A DNA stretch of 64,000 nt. Origin: Candidatus Moraniibacteriota bacterium (lineage in GTDB: Bacteria > Patescibacteriota > Minisyncoccia > Moranbacterales > UBA2206). Made by a program: the position numbers and the translations under genes. Position 1 is the first letter of the stretch; the number at the start of each line of letters is the position of its first letter. Below the pieces are notes generated by a model. The model was not told the DNA's origin and did no database searches. It worked only from the letters and a program-made list of their open reading frames with translations. This document shows positions 1-10,058 of the stretch, piece by piece. The stretch spans positions 25,490-89,489 of the forward strand of contig JAPLXG010000002.1 in NCBI GenBank assembly GCA_026396175.1, given 5' to 3'.

Positions 1-183
1 TAGCGCAAAAACCATCTTCCCCCGCCGAGGCGGGGCTAGCTGGACCCAACCCTGGACAATATAATGCCAGGATCCAGCTGTAGATTTTGACTGATTGTTA
101 ATAACTACTCTCAGTATAGCTAGTTATGGATAATTGTCAAGCAAGGGGAAATTTGATTTACTATTTTCACATTAATGCAAGTT

Positions 184-1299
184 CTAGACTTTTCTGTACC
201 TCGCGCTTCTGCCAAGTCCGATTCGTTCAATTTTCTTAAGTTTTAATAATACTTCCAATGCCTGTTTCACGGTTGGCCTGGGGATATTTGTTTCCTTGGC
301 AATCTCGCCTGTTCCAGCAACTTCAATTTGTTGAAAGAACATCCATACGGCAAGTTGCTTTTCTGATAATAATTTCTCGATATTTTCTTTTGACAATAAC
401 TCTAGGGCTAGTTGTGACTGTTCCAATAAAATCGCGAAGAAGAAATCAAGCCAAGGAGTAATATCTTCATTTTTTGTACCAAAAGTTTTTTGACTGCGTC
501 TAAGTGCGAGATAGTAGTCGGCTTTGTTATCCTCCACAAGTTTTTCGTGTGAAACATAAGGCATATACAAGTATCCATTTTGAAGTAACAAAAGATTTGT
601 CAAAATTCTAGAAATTCTGCCATTCCCATCTTGAAAAGGATGAATTTTTAAAAATTCAACCAAAAAATTAGCAAGCACCAGCAAGGGGTGATATTTTTTC
701 TCAGCTAGCAAGAAATTCGTTGACTCCATAAGCTCCATCATTTCTTTTGGCGTAAGATGAGGCGACGTTGGATTGAAAATCACGCCAATCTCTTTACCCT
801 CTTGGTCATATGCCACAACTTTATTTTCACCAAACTTATACTCACCCAAATGTCCCTGATCCTTGCTGGAATATTTCAGGAGTTCTTTGTGAAAATGCTT
901 AATAGAATTCTCATTAAATTTCAACCGCTTCCCCTCCGACGCCAAAGCTTTGGCGGGTGGGCAGGAATTGAAAATATTTTCCAAAAGCTCATAATAGCCC
1001 CTGACCTCTTGTTTATCGCGGTCAGCAAATTTTTGAATATTTACGCCCCTCATTACCTTTTCGATATCTTCGTCCGAAAGTTTTACGCCTTCAATGCGAG
1101 TAGATGCGCCAGTCGAAGTTATTAAAACAGACCGCTTGAGGCGACCAAGGACTTGCGGACTCAATTGCGAACCAGTAATCCAGCTACCTTTCAACTCATC
1201 AATCTTGGCAATTTTTGAAATTATTTCCGCAGGTATATTATCAAGCCTTTTTGAAAATTTACTTGCAATGTTGCTATTTTTTTGTTGCTTCTTGGCCAT
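184..1299 (-). CDS. Fic family protein with C-terminal winged HTH
   Basis: HPFQDGNGRISR Fic motif; STRIEG N-terminal motif; HTH-like C-terminus; carries a 30-nt palindromic in-frame insert at 932-961. Confidence 0.93.
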   Translation of the reverse strand: MAKKQQKNSNIASKFSKRLDNIPAEIISKIAKIDELKGSWITGSQLSPQVLGRLKRSVLITSTGASTRIEGVKLSDEDIEKVMRGVNIQKFADRDKQEVRGYYELLENIFNSCPPAKALASEGKRLKFNENSIKHFHKELLKYSSKDQGHLGEYKFGENKVVAYDQEGKEIGVIFNPTSPHLTPKEMMELMESTNFLLAEKKYHPLLVLANFLVEFLKIHPFQDGNGRISRILTNLLLLQNGYLYMPYVSHEKLVEDNKADYYLALRRSQKTFGTKNEDITPWLDFFFAILLEQSQLALELLSKENIEKLLSEKQLAVWMFFQQIEVAGTGEIAKETNIPRPTVKQALEVLLKLKKIERIGLGRSARYRKV

Positions 1300-1401
1300 A
1301 ATTTTTGGATATATTAACTATATCCAATTATATCCAATTAATGGATTAGTGTCAAATATGTATGCTGCAAAAAAACGCCATTCGGGCGTTTTTTGTGAAT
1401 T

Positions 1402-2094
1402 TTATTTAGCGGGGCTAGCATCCGTCGGAGCGGTATTAGCTTGGCTTGTATCCGGACTTGTGGCATCTGTTTGATCCGCAGCGTTTTGGCATTCTGTATC
1501 ATCCGGCGCACACTGATCCTCTTCGGCGGATGAATCTGCGGCGCTGTTTGCTTCACATTCAGTATCACCTTCTTCGCAAGTCGCCTCATCGGAAGAAGAT
1601 TCTTCTTCTGGCGGATTTTCTTTGGTATATTCCACCGGATCGCTGCACTCCACTTCTTGAGCTACTTTCGTTTGATCATCGCAAAAAATATATTGGCAGT
1701 CTGGTTCATTATCGCCGCAGACAAGGGCTTTGCAATTTTCATCCGCCGGATCACAAAGTGGAATGCGCGAAGCGTTTCTTTCGACTAGGTTATAATACCA
1801 GATGTCTTTTTCCGGGTCGCCGGTGCATTTTTCTCCGTCGACATCAGAAGCGGGATCGCATTCCCACACAAAGCATTTTTGCGCGTAAGGATCGCAATCA
1901 GTCTGCGCTTCGATGAGATAATTTTTCGCAATCACCGTGCGGTAATAGGTGACAAAGACTGAGCCAATGATGAGTAGCCCAAAAATGATAAAAAATATCT
2001 TACTTGATTTAGACTGCTCCATTTCTGGCGGAGATTTTTTATCTATCATGTTGTCCCTGCCCGAAATGCTTTGGGTGTATTTTTTGTTTTCCAT
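1402..2094 (-). CDS. Membrane-anchored Cys-rich acidic hypothetical protein
   Basis: N-terminal TM helix, repeated C-x6-C motifs (CDPYAQKC, CDPADENC, CEEGDTEC, CAPDDTEC); terminator-like hairpin 1368-1394 downstream. Confidence 0.75.
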   Translation of the reverse strand: MENKKYTQSISGRDNMIDKKSPPEMEQSKSSKIFFIIFGLLIIGSVFVTYYRTVIAKNYLIEAQTDCDPYAQKCFVWECDPASDVDGEKCTGDPEKDIWYYNLVERNASRIPLCDPADENCKALVCGDNEPDCQYIFCDDQTKVAQEVECSDPVEYTKENPPEEESSSDEATCEEGDTECEANSAADSSAEEDQCAPDDTECQNAADQTDATSPDTSQANTAPTDASPAK

Positions 2095-2464
2095 TGACTT
2101 GTCTTATTATTTATTTTTTCAACCTTGTTATCATCCAATGTCCGCATTCTAAGGCAGGCGGGCATCTTTTTTTATTTTAAAATTGGTTAATAAAAAAACG
2201 CACAAAGGCGTTTTTGGGAAATATTCAATTCAACTCACAACCATTCACTAGTATAACTAGTGATTTAAAAATCATCTGCAGTTTATTTGGATTTTTTCGG
2301 AAAGCAATCATAATATTTATCTCCCCCGTTTCTATGAAAATATTGTAGCAGGAAAATCAAAGGAGAGCAAGAAAATAAGGCTAGATTTTCTTCCGCCAAA
2401 AAACCTGCTCCAAGAATTGGAGCAGGTTATCGTTGAACAGAAAAATATTCCGCTAATCGTCTTT

Positions 2465-2932
2465 TTAATTTTGACCGGGATTTTGTCCCGCTGGTTGCGC
2501 CGGTCTGATTTGGATATTGTCCGCCGCAATACTGCCATCCGGATTACTGTTGCCACTGACCATCACATTTTGTCCTGTGCTTAAATCTGAAGCTGCGCCG
2601 GGAGCTGTTTTCCCGATTGTTGTCGAACCGGAAAAATAGACAATTTTTGAACTGCCATCGCGAGTTTTGATCGTGATGCTGGTATCGTCTTTGGAAAGGA
2701 TCTGCCCGTTGGAAAAACCACTGCCGCCATTTGGTCCACGCTGACCGCGTTGGCCACCGCCCCCTGGTCCACCACCATTATCTGCCACACCGCTGCCGCC
2801 GCCATTTCGACCTTGCTTTGCTTGCGCCGCCGCGCCAGTTGCCTTATTCAACCCATACTGCATCCCGCCATAGAACATTCCACCGGCGATTATGACTAGC
2901 ACCGCGAGATTTATCATATTTTTCTTTTGCAT
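2465..2932 (-). CDS. DUF5666-like membrane-anchored protein
   Basis: TM helix, Gly-rich linker, G-I-SKD-SITIK...G-V-VSG-NPDGSI-A-IQI beta domain. Confidence 0.7.
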   Translation of the reverse strand: MQKKNMINLAVLVIIAGGMFYGGMQYGLNKATGAAAQAKQGRNGGGSGVADNGGGPGGGGQRGQRGPNGGSGFSNGQILSKDDTSITIKTRDGSSKIVYFSGSTTIGKTAPGAASDLSTGQNVMVSGNSNPDGSIAADNIQIRPAQPAGQNPGQN

Positions 2933-3135
2933 AGCATTTAATATAAATATTTAACTTAATTATGATTTTTTAATTTGAAATTTGTCCCCGAGGGATAAGC
3001 TTGAAGCAAAAAATTATAAATTTTAATTCAAATCTAAATTATTTAATTTTTAATTTTAATCATTTGACCTTGATTTTAAATTTTAAATTTCAAATTTCAA
3101 ATTTCGCGCCTTATATTCATTGTCGAAAAATGCCT

Positions 3136-4350
3136 TTATTCGTATCTAAGCGCCTCAATCGGACTCAAACTTGCCGCCCTTCTTGCTGGATAAAACCCAA
3201 AAATAATTCCTACTCCGGCGGAAACGCCAAAAGCCAGGAGAATTGTCGAGACGGAAACGGATGTTGTTAATCCGGCAAACTTGGTTACGGCGAGAGACGC
3301 CAGCCACCCAAGAACAATTCCCATCGCTCCGCCCAAAAAGGTCAAAACAACTGCCTCGGACAAAAATTGCAGATTGATGTAAATTTTTTTGATTCCGACT
3401 GCTTTTCGAAGACCAATTTCCCGCGTTCGCTCCGTCACGGTCGTGAGCATCATATTCATAATGCCGATTCCGCCGACCAAAAGTGAGATGCCGGCAATGG
3501 AAGCCAAGAGAATGGTAAAAGTGCCCGTGATGCTCGAAGCGGTCGCGATAATATCCGCTTGATTGATTGTGCTAAAGTCCGCTTGAGTCGGATCTGATAT
3601 TCCGTGTCTTTGAATGAGCAAGTCAGTCAAATCACTTTGCACGGTTGGTAAAATAGTGGAATCTTGCGCTGAGACGCTGATTGTCGTGACATAGGCATCA
3701 CCAGAGAGATAATGTTGCTCCGTGGAAAGCGGAACATAGACCGCATCGTCAGCATTGTTGAAACCGGTTCCGCCTTTGGTCATAGTGAGACCAATTACCT
3801 GAAAATCAATATTTTTAATTCGAATGGTTTGTCCGGTCGGATCAACATCAACGCCAAATAAATCATCGCGCACGCCGGGACCAATCACGGCCACTTTGGC
3901 GGAAGTTTGCTCCTGATAATCAGTCAGAAAAGTTCCAGAATCCATTGTTATATTTCGCACCGTAGCATAATCCGGCACTGTGCCAGTAATTTGCGTATTG
4001 GTGTTGTTCCCTTTGGCCGTCACTTGATAGCGGTGCGTGTCTTCCGGCGCGACGCCAACCACATTTTGCACTTCGCTGGCAATCGCATTAGCATCTTCCA
4101 ATTTTAGTGACTGTGCACTGCCCTGGCCAGCACTAACACCAGCCGTTCTTTGCGCTCCGGGAGTAACAATAATCAAATTGGAACCGATGGATTGAATCCG
4201 TGCTTGGATAGAAGCTTGCGATCCTTGTCCGATTGCTACCATGGTAATCACCGAGGCGATTCCAATCACAATACCCAAAATCGTCAGTCCCGATCTGACC
4301 TTATTTCCCGCCAACGACCAAATTGTTTCCCGCAATAGATCTTTAAACAT
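3136..4350 (-). CDS. MacB/FtsX-like ABC transporter permease
   Basis: RSGLTILGIVIGIASV and GIGIMNMMLTTVTERTREIGLRKAVG motifs. Confidence 0.92.
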   Translation of the reverse strand: MFKDLLRETIWSLAGNKVRSGLTILGIVIGIASVITMVAIGQGSQASIQARIQSIGSNLIIVTPGAQRTAGVSAGQGSAQSLKLEDANAIASEVQNVVGVAPEDTHRYQVTAKGNNTNTQITGTVPDYATVRNITMDSGTFLTDYQEQTSAKVAVIGPGVRDDLFGVDVDPTGQTIRIKNIDFQVIGLTMTKGGTGFNNADDAVYVPLSTEQHYLSGDAYVTTISVSAQDSTILPTVQSDLTDLLIQRHGISDPTQADFSTINQADIIATASSITGTFTILLASIAGISLLVGGIGIMNMMLTTVTERTREIGLRKAVGIKKIYINLQFLSEAVVLTFLGGAMGIVLGWLASLAVTKFAGLTTSVSVSTILLAFGVSAGVGIIFGFYPARRAASLSPIEALRYE

Positions 4351-5032
4351 TTTTTTTATTAATTACATCCTTCTCAATTAAACCGTCTCGCACAGAAATA
4401 ACTCGATCGGCAAATCCGGCTACATCCATCTCATGCGTAATTAAAATTATCGTATGCCCCATATTATTAAGCTTGCGAAAAGTTTCCATCACAATCCGGC
4501 TGGTCTTCGTGTCCAAATTTCCCGTCGGCTCATCGGCCAAAATAATCGACGGATTATTGATGAGCGATCTGGCGATGGCCACGCGTTGCATCTGTCCGCC
4601 GGACAATTGATTGGAAAGATTATAGAATTTACTTTCTTCCATTCCGGCATAACTCAATGCTTCCTTGGCCTTTTGCTCTCGCTCTTTTTGCGTTGTATCG
4701 CTAAAAAGCAATGGCAACATCACATTGCGCAGTACGGTTGTGCGTGGCAAAAGATTGAACGACTGAAAAACAAATCCGATTTTGTCACGGCGTAGTTCTG
4801 AGAGTTCGTCATCATTCAATTTTGAAACTTCCGCGCCATCCAAAAAATACTCCCCGCTGGTGGGAGAATCGAGCGCACCCAAGATATGCATCAAGGTTGA
4901 TTTTCCACTGCCCGATGGTCCGATAATTGCCACGAATTCGCCTTTTTCAATCTTAAACGTGATGCCACAAACCGCCTGCGTTTCCACATCGCCGTTGACA
5001 TAGGTTTTGCAAATGTTTTTACATTCAATCAC
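4343..5032 (-). CDS. ABC transporter ATP-binding protein (MacB/LolD type)
   Basis: GPSGSGKST Walker A, LSGGQMQR signature, ILADEPTGNLD. Confidence 0.95.
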   Translation of the reverse strand: MIECKNICKTYVNGDVETQAVCGITFKIEKGEFVAIIGPSGSGKSTLMHILGALDSPTSGEYFLDGAEVSKLNDDELSELRRDKIGFVFQSFNLLPRTTVLRNVMLPLLFSDTTQKEREQKAKEALSYAGMEESKFYNLSNQLSGGQMQRVAIARSLINNPSIILADEPTGNLDTKTSRIVMETFRKLNNMGHTIILITHEMDVAGFADRVISVRDGLIEKDVINKKNV

Positions 5033-5174
5033 GAGAAAATTTTCAATTTACAATTTTCAATTTACAATCAATTCTCAATTAACTAATTTTTAAATTTATA
5101 AAATAGGCAATTGATATTTGATAGATTGCAAACTCAATGAAAATTGATCATTGGTTATCGGAAATTATACTCTC

Positions 5175-6341
5175 CTACCCTCCAAATCTTCCACCTCCGC
5201 CGATACCGGGTAGCCTTGCGCCACCGCTTTGCGTTGATGTTGAAGTTGTCGCATTTGGATTGATTGTTCGTGTCACCACCGGATCGCCAACAGAAATGCC
5301 ACTGACAATTTCCGTATCGGTATTGTTCACCGCGCCAATTTGCACGGTAACTTGCTGCGGTGAAGTTTCTCCACTATTTAAAACTTCCACATAATTACCA
5401 TTTCCTTGTTTTTTCACCGCGCTATTTGGCACGGTAATCACGTCCTGCTTGACGCTGGTAATGATAGAAGCGGAAACGCTCATCCCGGGTTTGATCCGCG
5501 CGTCCAGTGAGTCAAAACTAATTGTGGCATTATACGTCACGACACCCTGCGCGATCGTTCCCAGCGAATCCATCTTTTCGATTTTTCCCGAAGTAGTGAG
5601 GCCCGCTACTGAATTGAAAGTCATCATCACTTTTTGACCGAGCGCAACATTTGGCACATCAACTTCATTGATCTGCACTTGAGCTTTCATTGTTCCGAGA
5701 TCTCCGATAATCATCGGCACGCTTCGCGAACTGCCCGAAGAAAGCTTGGAAAGATCATCTCCATTTTTAATATTGATGGCATTGACTGTTCCGTCGCTTG
5801 GCGCGGTCACATTGCGCTTTCCCGCGTCGGAAAGCGCGCTTTGATATTTTTCTTGAGACACATTGACATTCTCCTTGGACACTTCCAGAGATTGTTTGGC
5901 CGCCTGCAGCTGGTTATTCAGAATTCTTTCCTGCGCCGACCCTGCTTTATTGTGATCATAATTATATTGCGCTTGTTTTTCCGAAGCCTTGGAAGTTTCA
6001 ACTGCTTGTTGCGACTGAAGATAAGCATTTTTGGCACTTGCCGCGCTGATACTTAGCTGTTCATTGACAATCGTAAAAAGCGTCTGGCCTTTTTTGACCG
6101 GATCGCCAATATTGACTGCCAAGTTAGCCACTGTTCCGGTAATAGTCGGATCAATGTTGACACTTTGGTCCACTACCACGTTGCCGGAACCGGAAACGGA
6201 ACTGGTCAACATTCCTTTTTGCGCCGCCGTTGTTTTGTAAGTGATGGCAGTACTCGCAGTGTGCGTACTTTTGTACCAATAATAACCGCCCGCTATGACA
6301 ATTATTGCAATGATAGCGATATGGCTTTTTTTCATTTTCAT
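5175..6341 (-). CDS. Efflux periplasmic adaptor subunit (MacA-like)
   Basis: TM anchor, lipoyl-like halves around a coiled coil, IKPGMSVSASI motif; operon context. Confidence 0.88.
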   Translation of the reverse strand: MKMKKSHIAIIAIIVIAGGYYWYKSTHTASTAITYKTTAAQKGMLTSSVSGSGNVVVDQSVNIDPTITGTVANLAVNIGDPVKKGQTLFTIVNEQLSISAASAKNAYLQSQQAVETSKASEKQAQYNYDHNKAGSAQERILNNQLQAAKQSLEVSKENVNVSQEKYQSALSDAGKRNVTAPSDGTVNAINIKNGDDLSKLSSGSSRSVPMIIGDLGTMKAQVQINEVDVPNVALGQKVMMTFNSVAGLTTSGKIEKMDSLGTIAQGVVTYNATISFDSLDARIKPGMSVSASIITSVKQDVITVPNSAVKKQGNGNYVEVLNSGETSPQQVTVQIGAVNNTDTEIVSGISVGDPVVTRTINPNATTSTSTQSGGARLPGIGGGGRFGG

Positions 6342-6445
6342 AAATTAGTCCAGCACTAACTCCCAGGCTTGTCCGGTTAGTAGCTATAGATAGGATATTA
6401 ATTAAAGAAAAAATCGAAAAACAATAAGCCAAGTTAGTGCTTGGA

Positions 6446-7024
6446 TTAATTACTATTAGTGTTAGTCGTATTATTATCGTTATTGATAGTGTTGCTATTT
6501 TCTGTGTTCGTTGTATTAGTGTTATTTCTAAAAACTCGAATTAAATCAGCTGCGACTACGCCTTGATCGTTGGGCGTTCCCATCACGACAATTTGATCAT
6601 TCGCTTTGAGATCAGTAATTTTGAGATCAGTCGTGCGATCTTTGATGATGGTTTTGTCCGTCACGGCAACCGTGTTCTCCTTGTTGTCATGATCTTTCAC
6701 AATTAGGTTATTACCGGAAACGGAAATTATCATTCCGGCCAAACCATGCGCATTGCGAAAACCTCCTCCTTCGATATTTCGAGGAATATTCATCATTCCA
6801 CCGCGATTATTCCCCATCATGCCACCACGACTATCATCGCCATCCATCATCGGGCCACCAATAAAATTCCGTTCATAATTTTGACCCCATTGATAGGAAA
6901 ATTTCGCTTTGCGCAATCCCACTGCCACGCCACCGGCAAAAATAACCAGCATCAAAAGTAGCGCTCCAATCGCACCGATCGCCAGCTTGAACTTTTTTGA
7001 TTTAATCACTTCTTTCGTGTCCAT
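6446..7024 (-). CDS. DUF5666-like membrane-anchored protein
   Basis: TM helix, GGMM-rich linker, AHGLAGMIISV...G-PNDQGVVAADLIRVF domain. Confidence 0.7.
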   Translation of the reverse strand: MDTKEVIKSKKFKLAIGAIGALLLMLVIFAGGVAVGLRKAKFSYQWGQNYERNFIGGPMMDGDDSRGGMMGNNRGGMMNIPRNIEGGGFRNAHGLAGMIISVSGNNLIVKDHDNKENTVAVTDKTIIKDRTTDLKITDLKANDQIVVMGTPNDQGVVAADLIRVFRNNTNTTNTENSNTINNDNNTTNTNSN

Positions 7025-7035
7025 AAGTTTGATAT

Positions 7036-7443
7036 TTAATAACTAAATTTATGCTTATAATTAGCTTTGTTAGTGAAATAAAAATTGGCGGAAAGAAGCA
7101 TCAAGAAAACCGGAGCCAAAAGAATTGCCGCGTGCACAAAAGGAAAGGTTTCCAACAGGGACATTAAAAATGTATCCCAATTTTTCGCCACAGTTGTGAT
7201 ATCGGAAAAAGCCAGAGAAAGCATCGCCCAAAATTCCGATTGCAAAAAAGCTTGCCCGAAAAAAATTCCCGCCAAAAGTGCCGACATAAACGACCCACCG
7301 AGGCCAAGATAGGAAAAAATCAACTGTCTTTTAGCGCTCTTGATTTTTTCTTTTTCAATTCGAGATAAAATAAAACCAGCTAACGTTACTGGCGGATTAA
7401 TTTCACTGATATTTTTGAATAGCCGATTAAGTTTCGTGCTCAT
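7036..7443 (-). CDS. Membrane protein, putative anti-sigma factor
   Basis: Directly downstream of an ECF sigma; PP-L-FILSRI N-terminus then TM helices. Confidence 0.6.
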   Translation of the reverse strand: MSTKLNRLFKNISEINPPVTLAGFILSRIEKEKIKSAKRQLIFSYLGLGGSFMSALLAGIFFGQAFLQSEFWAMLSLAFSDITTVAKNWDTFLMSLLETFPFVHAAILLAPVFLMLLSANFYFTNKANYKHKFSY

Positions 7444-7526
7444 AAAATATTTTCAGAGACTTGCGCGTTTAGAACGCTATGAAAAATGAAAAAACATAGG
7501 TCAAAACGCGCACGTCTCACTATCTA

Positions 7527-8102
7527 CTACGACAATGGATCGCTTATGGGTGCAAATTCTTTTTTGAGAGCATTTAGGGCTCTTTGATGCTGACTCTTGA
7601 CTGTATTATAGGGCATTTCCAGCACTGACGCAATTTCCGCCACGCTCAAATCATCCCGATAGCGCAAAAACAAAATAGTCTGATATTTTCCCGGCAGTTT
7701 TTTGATTTTTTCTTCCAATTCCCGAGTCGATTCAACGCGCTCCAAAATTTCATCCGGCAATGGCTTATCTTCAGCCACTTCGTCCAATCGATTATACCCT
7801 TCACTATTTTCAAACAGCGAAAAAGGCAAAGTTTTTTTCTTTTTCCAAAAGTCTTTGGCGCTATTTTTCGCAATCGCAAATAACCAGACTTTGAATTTTT
7901 TTTCCACGTCAAAGCGCTTGATGTGTTTCCAAGCTTTGAGAAAAGTCTCTTGTGTCAAATCATCCGTGAGCGTCGCGTCTCCTCCGGTCAAGCGAAAAAG
8001 AAAATTATAGACCGCTTTCAAGTGGCGATTGACCAAAAGCTCAAAAGACGCATCATCGCCCGCCAAAAAATCCGCGATCAATTGTTGATCATTTTTTTCC
8101 AT
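7527..8102 (-). CDS. ECF RNA polymerase sigma factor
   Basis: DDLTQETFLKAW, FKVWLFAIAKN region 2; LSVAEIA..TVKSQHQRA region 4. Confidence 0.93.
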   Translation of the reverse strand: MEKNDQQLIADFLAGDDASFELLVNRHLKAVYNFLFRLTGGDATLTDDLTQETFLKAWKHIKRFDVEKKFKVWLFAIAKNSAKDFWKKKKTLPFSLFENSEGYNRLDEVAEDKPLPDEILERVESTRELEEKIKKLPGKYQTILFLRYRDDLSVAEIASVLEMPYNTVKSQHQRALNALKKEFAPISDPLS

Positions 8103-8229
8103 AAACTAATCCTAGCACGAGCTGGATATATTTTCAAAAAGGTGGTTTTTGGGAATAAAAAAACCAGCAATCTCATTCCTCCTATAGATGAGATTGCTGG
8201 ATACTTTAAAACATAGTTGATTTGGAAAG

Positions 8230-9531
8230 TTATTTTTTTAGTTCTTCCTTAAGAACTCGTTTGACTTCCGCCACCGGATCAGACGCTGTTAGGAATTGTC
8301 TTCCACCCACAATATAGTCCGCACCGTTCGCTATAGCAGCTGCCGGGGTATCGACTCTTGCCTGATCGCCTTTATCTGCCCCCGGAGACCTAACGCCAGG
8401 AGTGACAAGTGTCATATTTGGGTAAAGACGCCTTAATTCGGAAACTTCTTCTGGCGAGCAAACCAATCCGTGCGCACCAGCTCGATAGGCAATTAGCGCC
8501 AAAGCAAGAACTTGCTCCATTGGCCGACGAACATAAATTTCTTCACAAGTGGCCGCATCAAAAGAAGTTAATACTGTAACGGCCAAAACTTTTGTTGGTG
8601 TATCTTTTAGGATATTTACCGCAGCTTGAATCATTTTCTTCGATCCTGAGGCGTGAACAGTTACCGCCCACGGAGGATTTGGAAGAAGGTGTTTCATGAT
8701 ATTTTCGATGGTGTTGCTGATGTCATAGCTCTTAGGGTCGACCATAACTCGACCATAAGTACTCAGATCGGGGATGAGCTTCTCCGCACCCTTCTGAAAA
8801 AGCAAGTCATTGACCTTGATAATGCATCCGCTGGTTCTTAATGCATCAGCAAAAGGAAGAATTTCCTCCCAACTTTTGCCATCAAATGCAATAATGAGAG
8901 GATTTTTTTTCTCCAAATCAATATCGCATCTTTCCATGTATCCATTTTCGACAAGATACCGACGAACGTCGTGCAGAGTCATTCCCGGCCAAACATCCAT
9001 ATTAATTCCCAGCTCGACGAATTTCTTCTTCCAGCCTTGTTGGCGATCAACCAAAACCACAAGCGGTAGAATCTTCAGATCACGCGCTAGGCATTCCTGG
9101 TACGGTCCGAGTTTTGACTGTCCATCCGTGATAACATCATCATAAACACAAACTCGTTCCCCCGAAAAACATTGCCCACTGATTTTTGCATCTCCCGTTC
9201 GTCCCTCTTTGACTTCCTTTCGAACTGTAATGTATGGAATGTTAGTGAGTTCAGAAATCCGTGAAGAAAACGGAGTGACTGCATCCGGAACCTCAATAAA
9301 TCTATCCGGATTAAGACGAAAAATTGGATTTGCAAATACCCGTGCCACATAGGGACTCGCCTTAGGAATGTTACGCGCGTTGCGAAGATTGATATAAATA
9401 TCAGTCAGACCTCCGCTCTTCAGCTTGAGTTTACGTGAATTATCCCATTTAATAAGTTGATAAAAAATAAGCCGCTCGATAACTTCAGCTCGCTCTTCCG
9501 GAGTCAACCATGGTGTTAAAGAAATTGGCAT
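8230..9531 (-). CDS. pyrE-pyrF: Fused orotate phosphoribosyltransferase / OMP decarboxylase
   Basis: N-terminal LKSG..YINLR, VRKEVK, YDDVITDG (PRTase); C-terminal DPKSYDISNT, VTVLTS, VTPGVR, DQARV, VGGR (ODCase). Confidence 0.9.
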   Translation of the reverse strand: MPISLTPWLTPEERAEVIERLIFYQLIKWDNSRKLKLKSGGLTDIYINLRNARNIPKASPYVARVFANPIFRLNPDRFIEVPDAVTPFSSRISELTNIPYITVRKEVKEGRTGDAKISGQCFSGERVCVYDDVITDGQSKLGPYQECLARDLKILPLVVLVDRQQGWKKKFVELGINMDVWPGMTLHDVRRYLVENGYMERCDIDLEKKNPLIIAFDGKSWEEILPFADALRTSGCIIKVNDLLFQKGAEKLIPDLSTYGRVMVDPKSYDISNTIENIMKHLLPNPPWAVTVHASGSKKMIQAAVNILKDTPTKVLAVTVLTSFDAATCEEIYVRRPMEQVLALALIAYRAGAHGLVCSPEEVSELRRLYPNMTLVTPGVRSPGADKGDQARVDTPAAAIANGADYIVGGRQFLTASDPVAEVKRVLKEELKK

Positions 9532-9532
9532 G

Positions 9533-9670
9533 CTATTTTCCTTTCGTTTTAATGCTTTTCTTTTTTACTCCATCAGTGGAGTAAGCACTTTGTTCACATT
9601 TGTGACATTCCTTATTTCGCTTAGGATCGCCTTGCTTCACTCGACAATTATTGCCAATCAAGTTGCACAT
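9533..9670 (-). CDS. Small Cys-containing basic protein (45 aa, absent from ORF track)
   Basis: AAGGAG SD upstream; MCNLIGNNCRVKQGDPKRNKECHKCEQSAYSTDGVKKKSIKTKGK*; stop lies 1 nt before the pyrE-pyrF ATG. Confidence 0.55.
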   Translation of the reverse strand: MCNLIGNNCRVKQGDPKRNKECHKCEQSAYSTDGVKKKSIKTKGK

Positions 9671-9840
9671 AAAACCAATCTCCTTTACTGTGTAGGTTTT
9701 TGCCAAATTTTACCATCATATATTAACCGATTAAAAAAACCGGATATTTGTCAAATAACTACCAAAAAATCCCTAAAGAGACGTTTTCTCCCTAGGAACG
9801 AACTGCTACTAAATTAGCGGAAATTCGGGGATTAGTCAAA

Positions 9841-9908
9841 TGTTATTCGCTGCGCGAACCCCCGCTACCTGCCTACCGGCAGGCAGGCGAATGGGGAACA
9901 TTCAAATA
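9841..9908. repeat. ~45-bp hairpin repeat family C, interrupted by a 20-bp element at 9868-9887
   Basis: GTTATTCGCT-CGCGAACCCC...GGGGA-CAT-CAAATA matches 28251-28295 and the reverse copy at 43358-43401. Confidence 0.75.
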
Positions 9909-10058
9909 AACAATCCTCCGCTCGCTGGTGCGAATACCTTGAGCTCCCGAAGCTTAGCTTCTGTTGATAACCTGCGTTTCTGTGTTTAATTTGTCTTAAT
10001 CTGTGTCAAATCTGTTTTATATGCTATCATTGGACTGTAATCATTTTGGAAAATTCTT

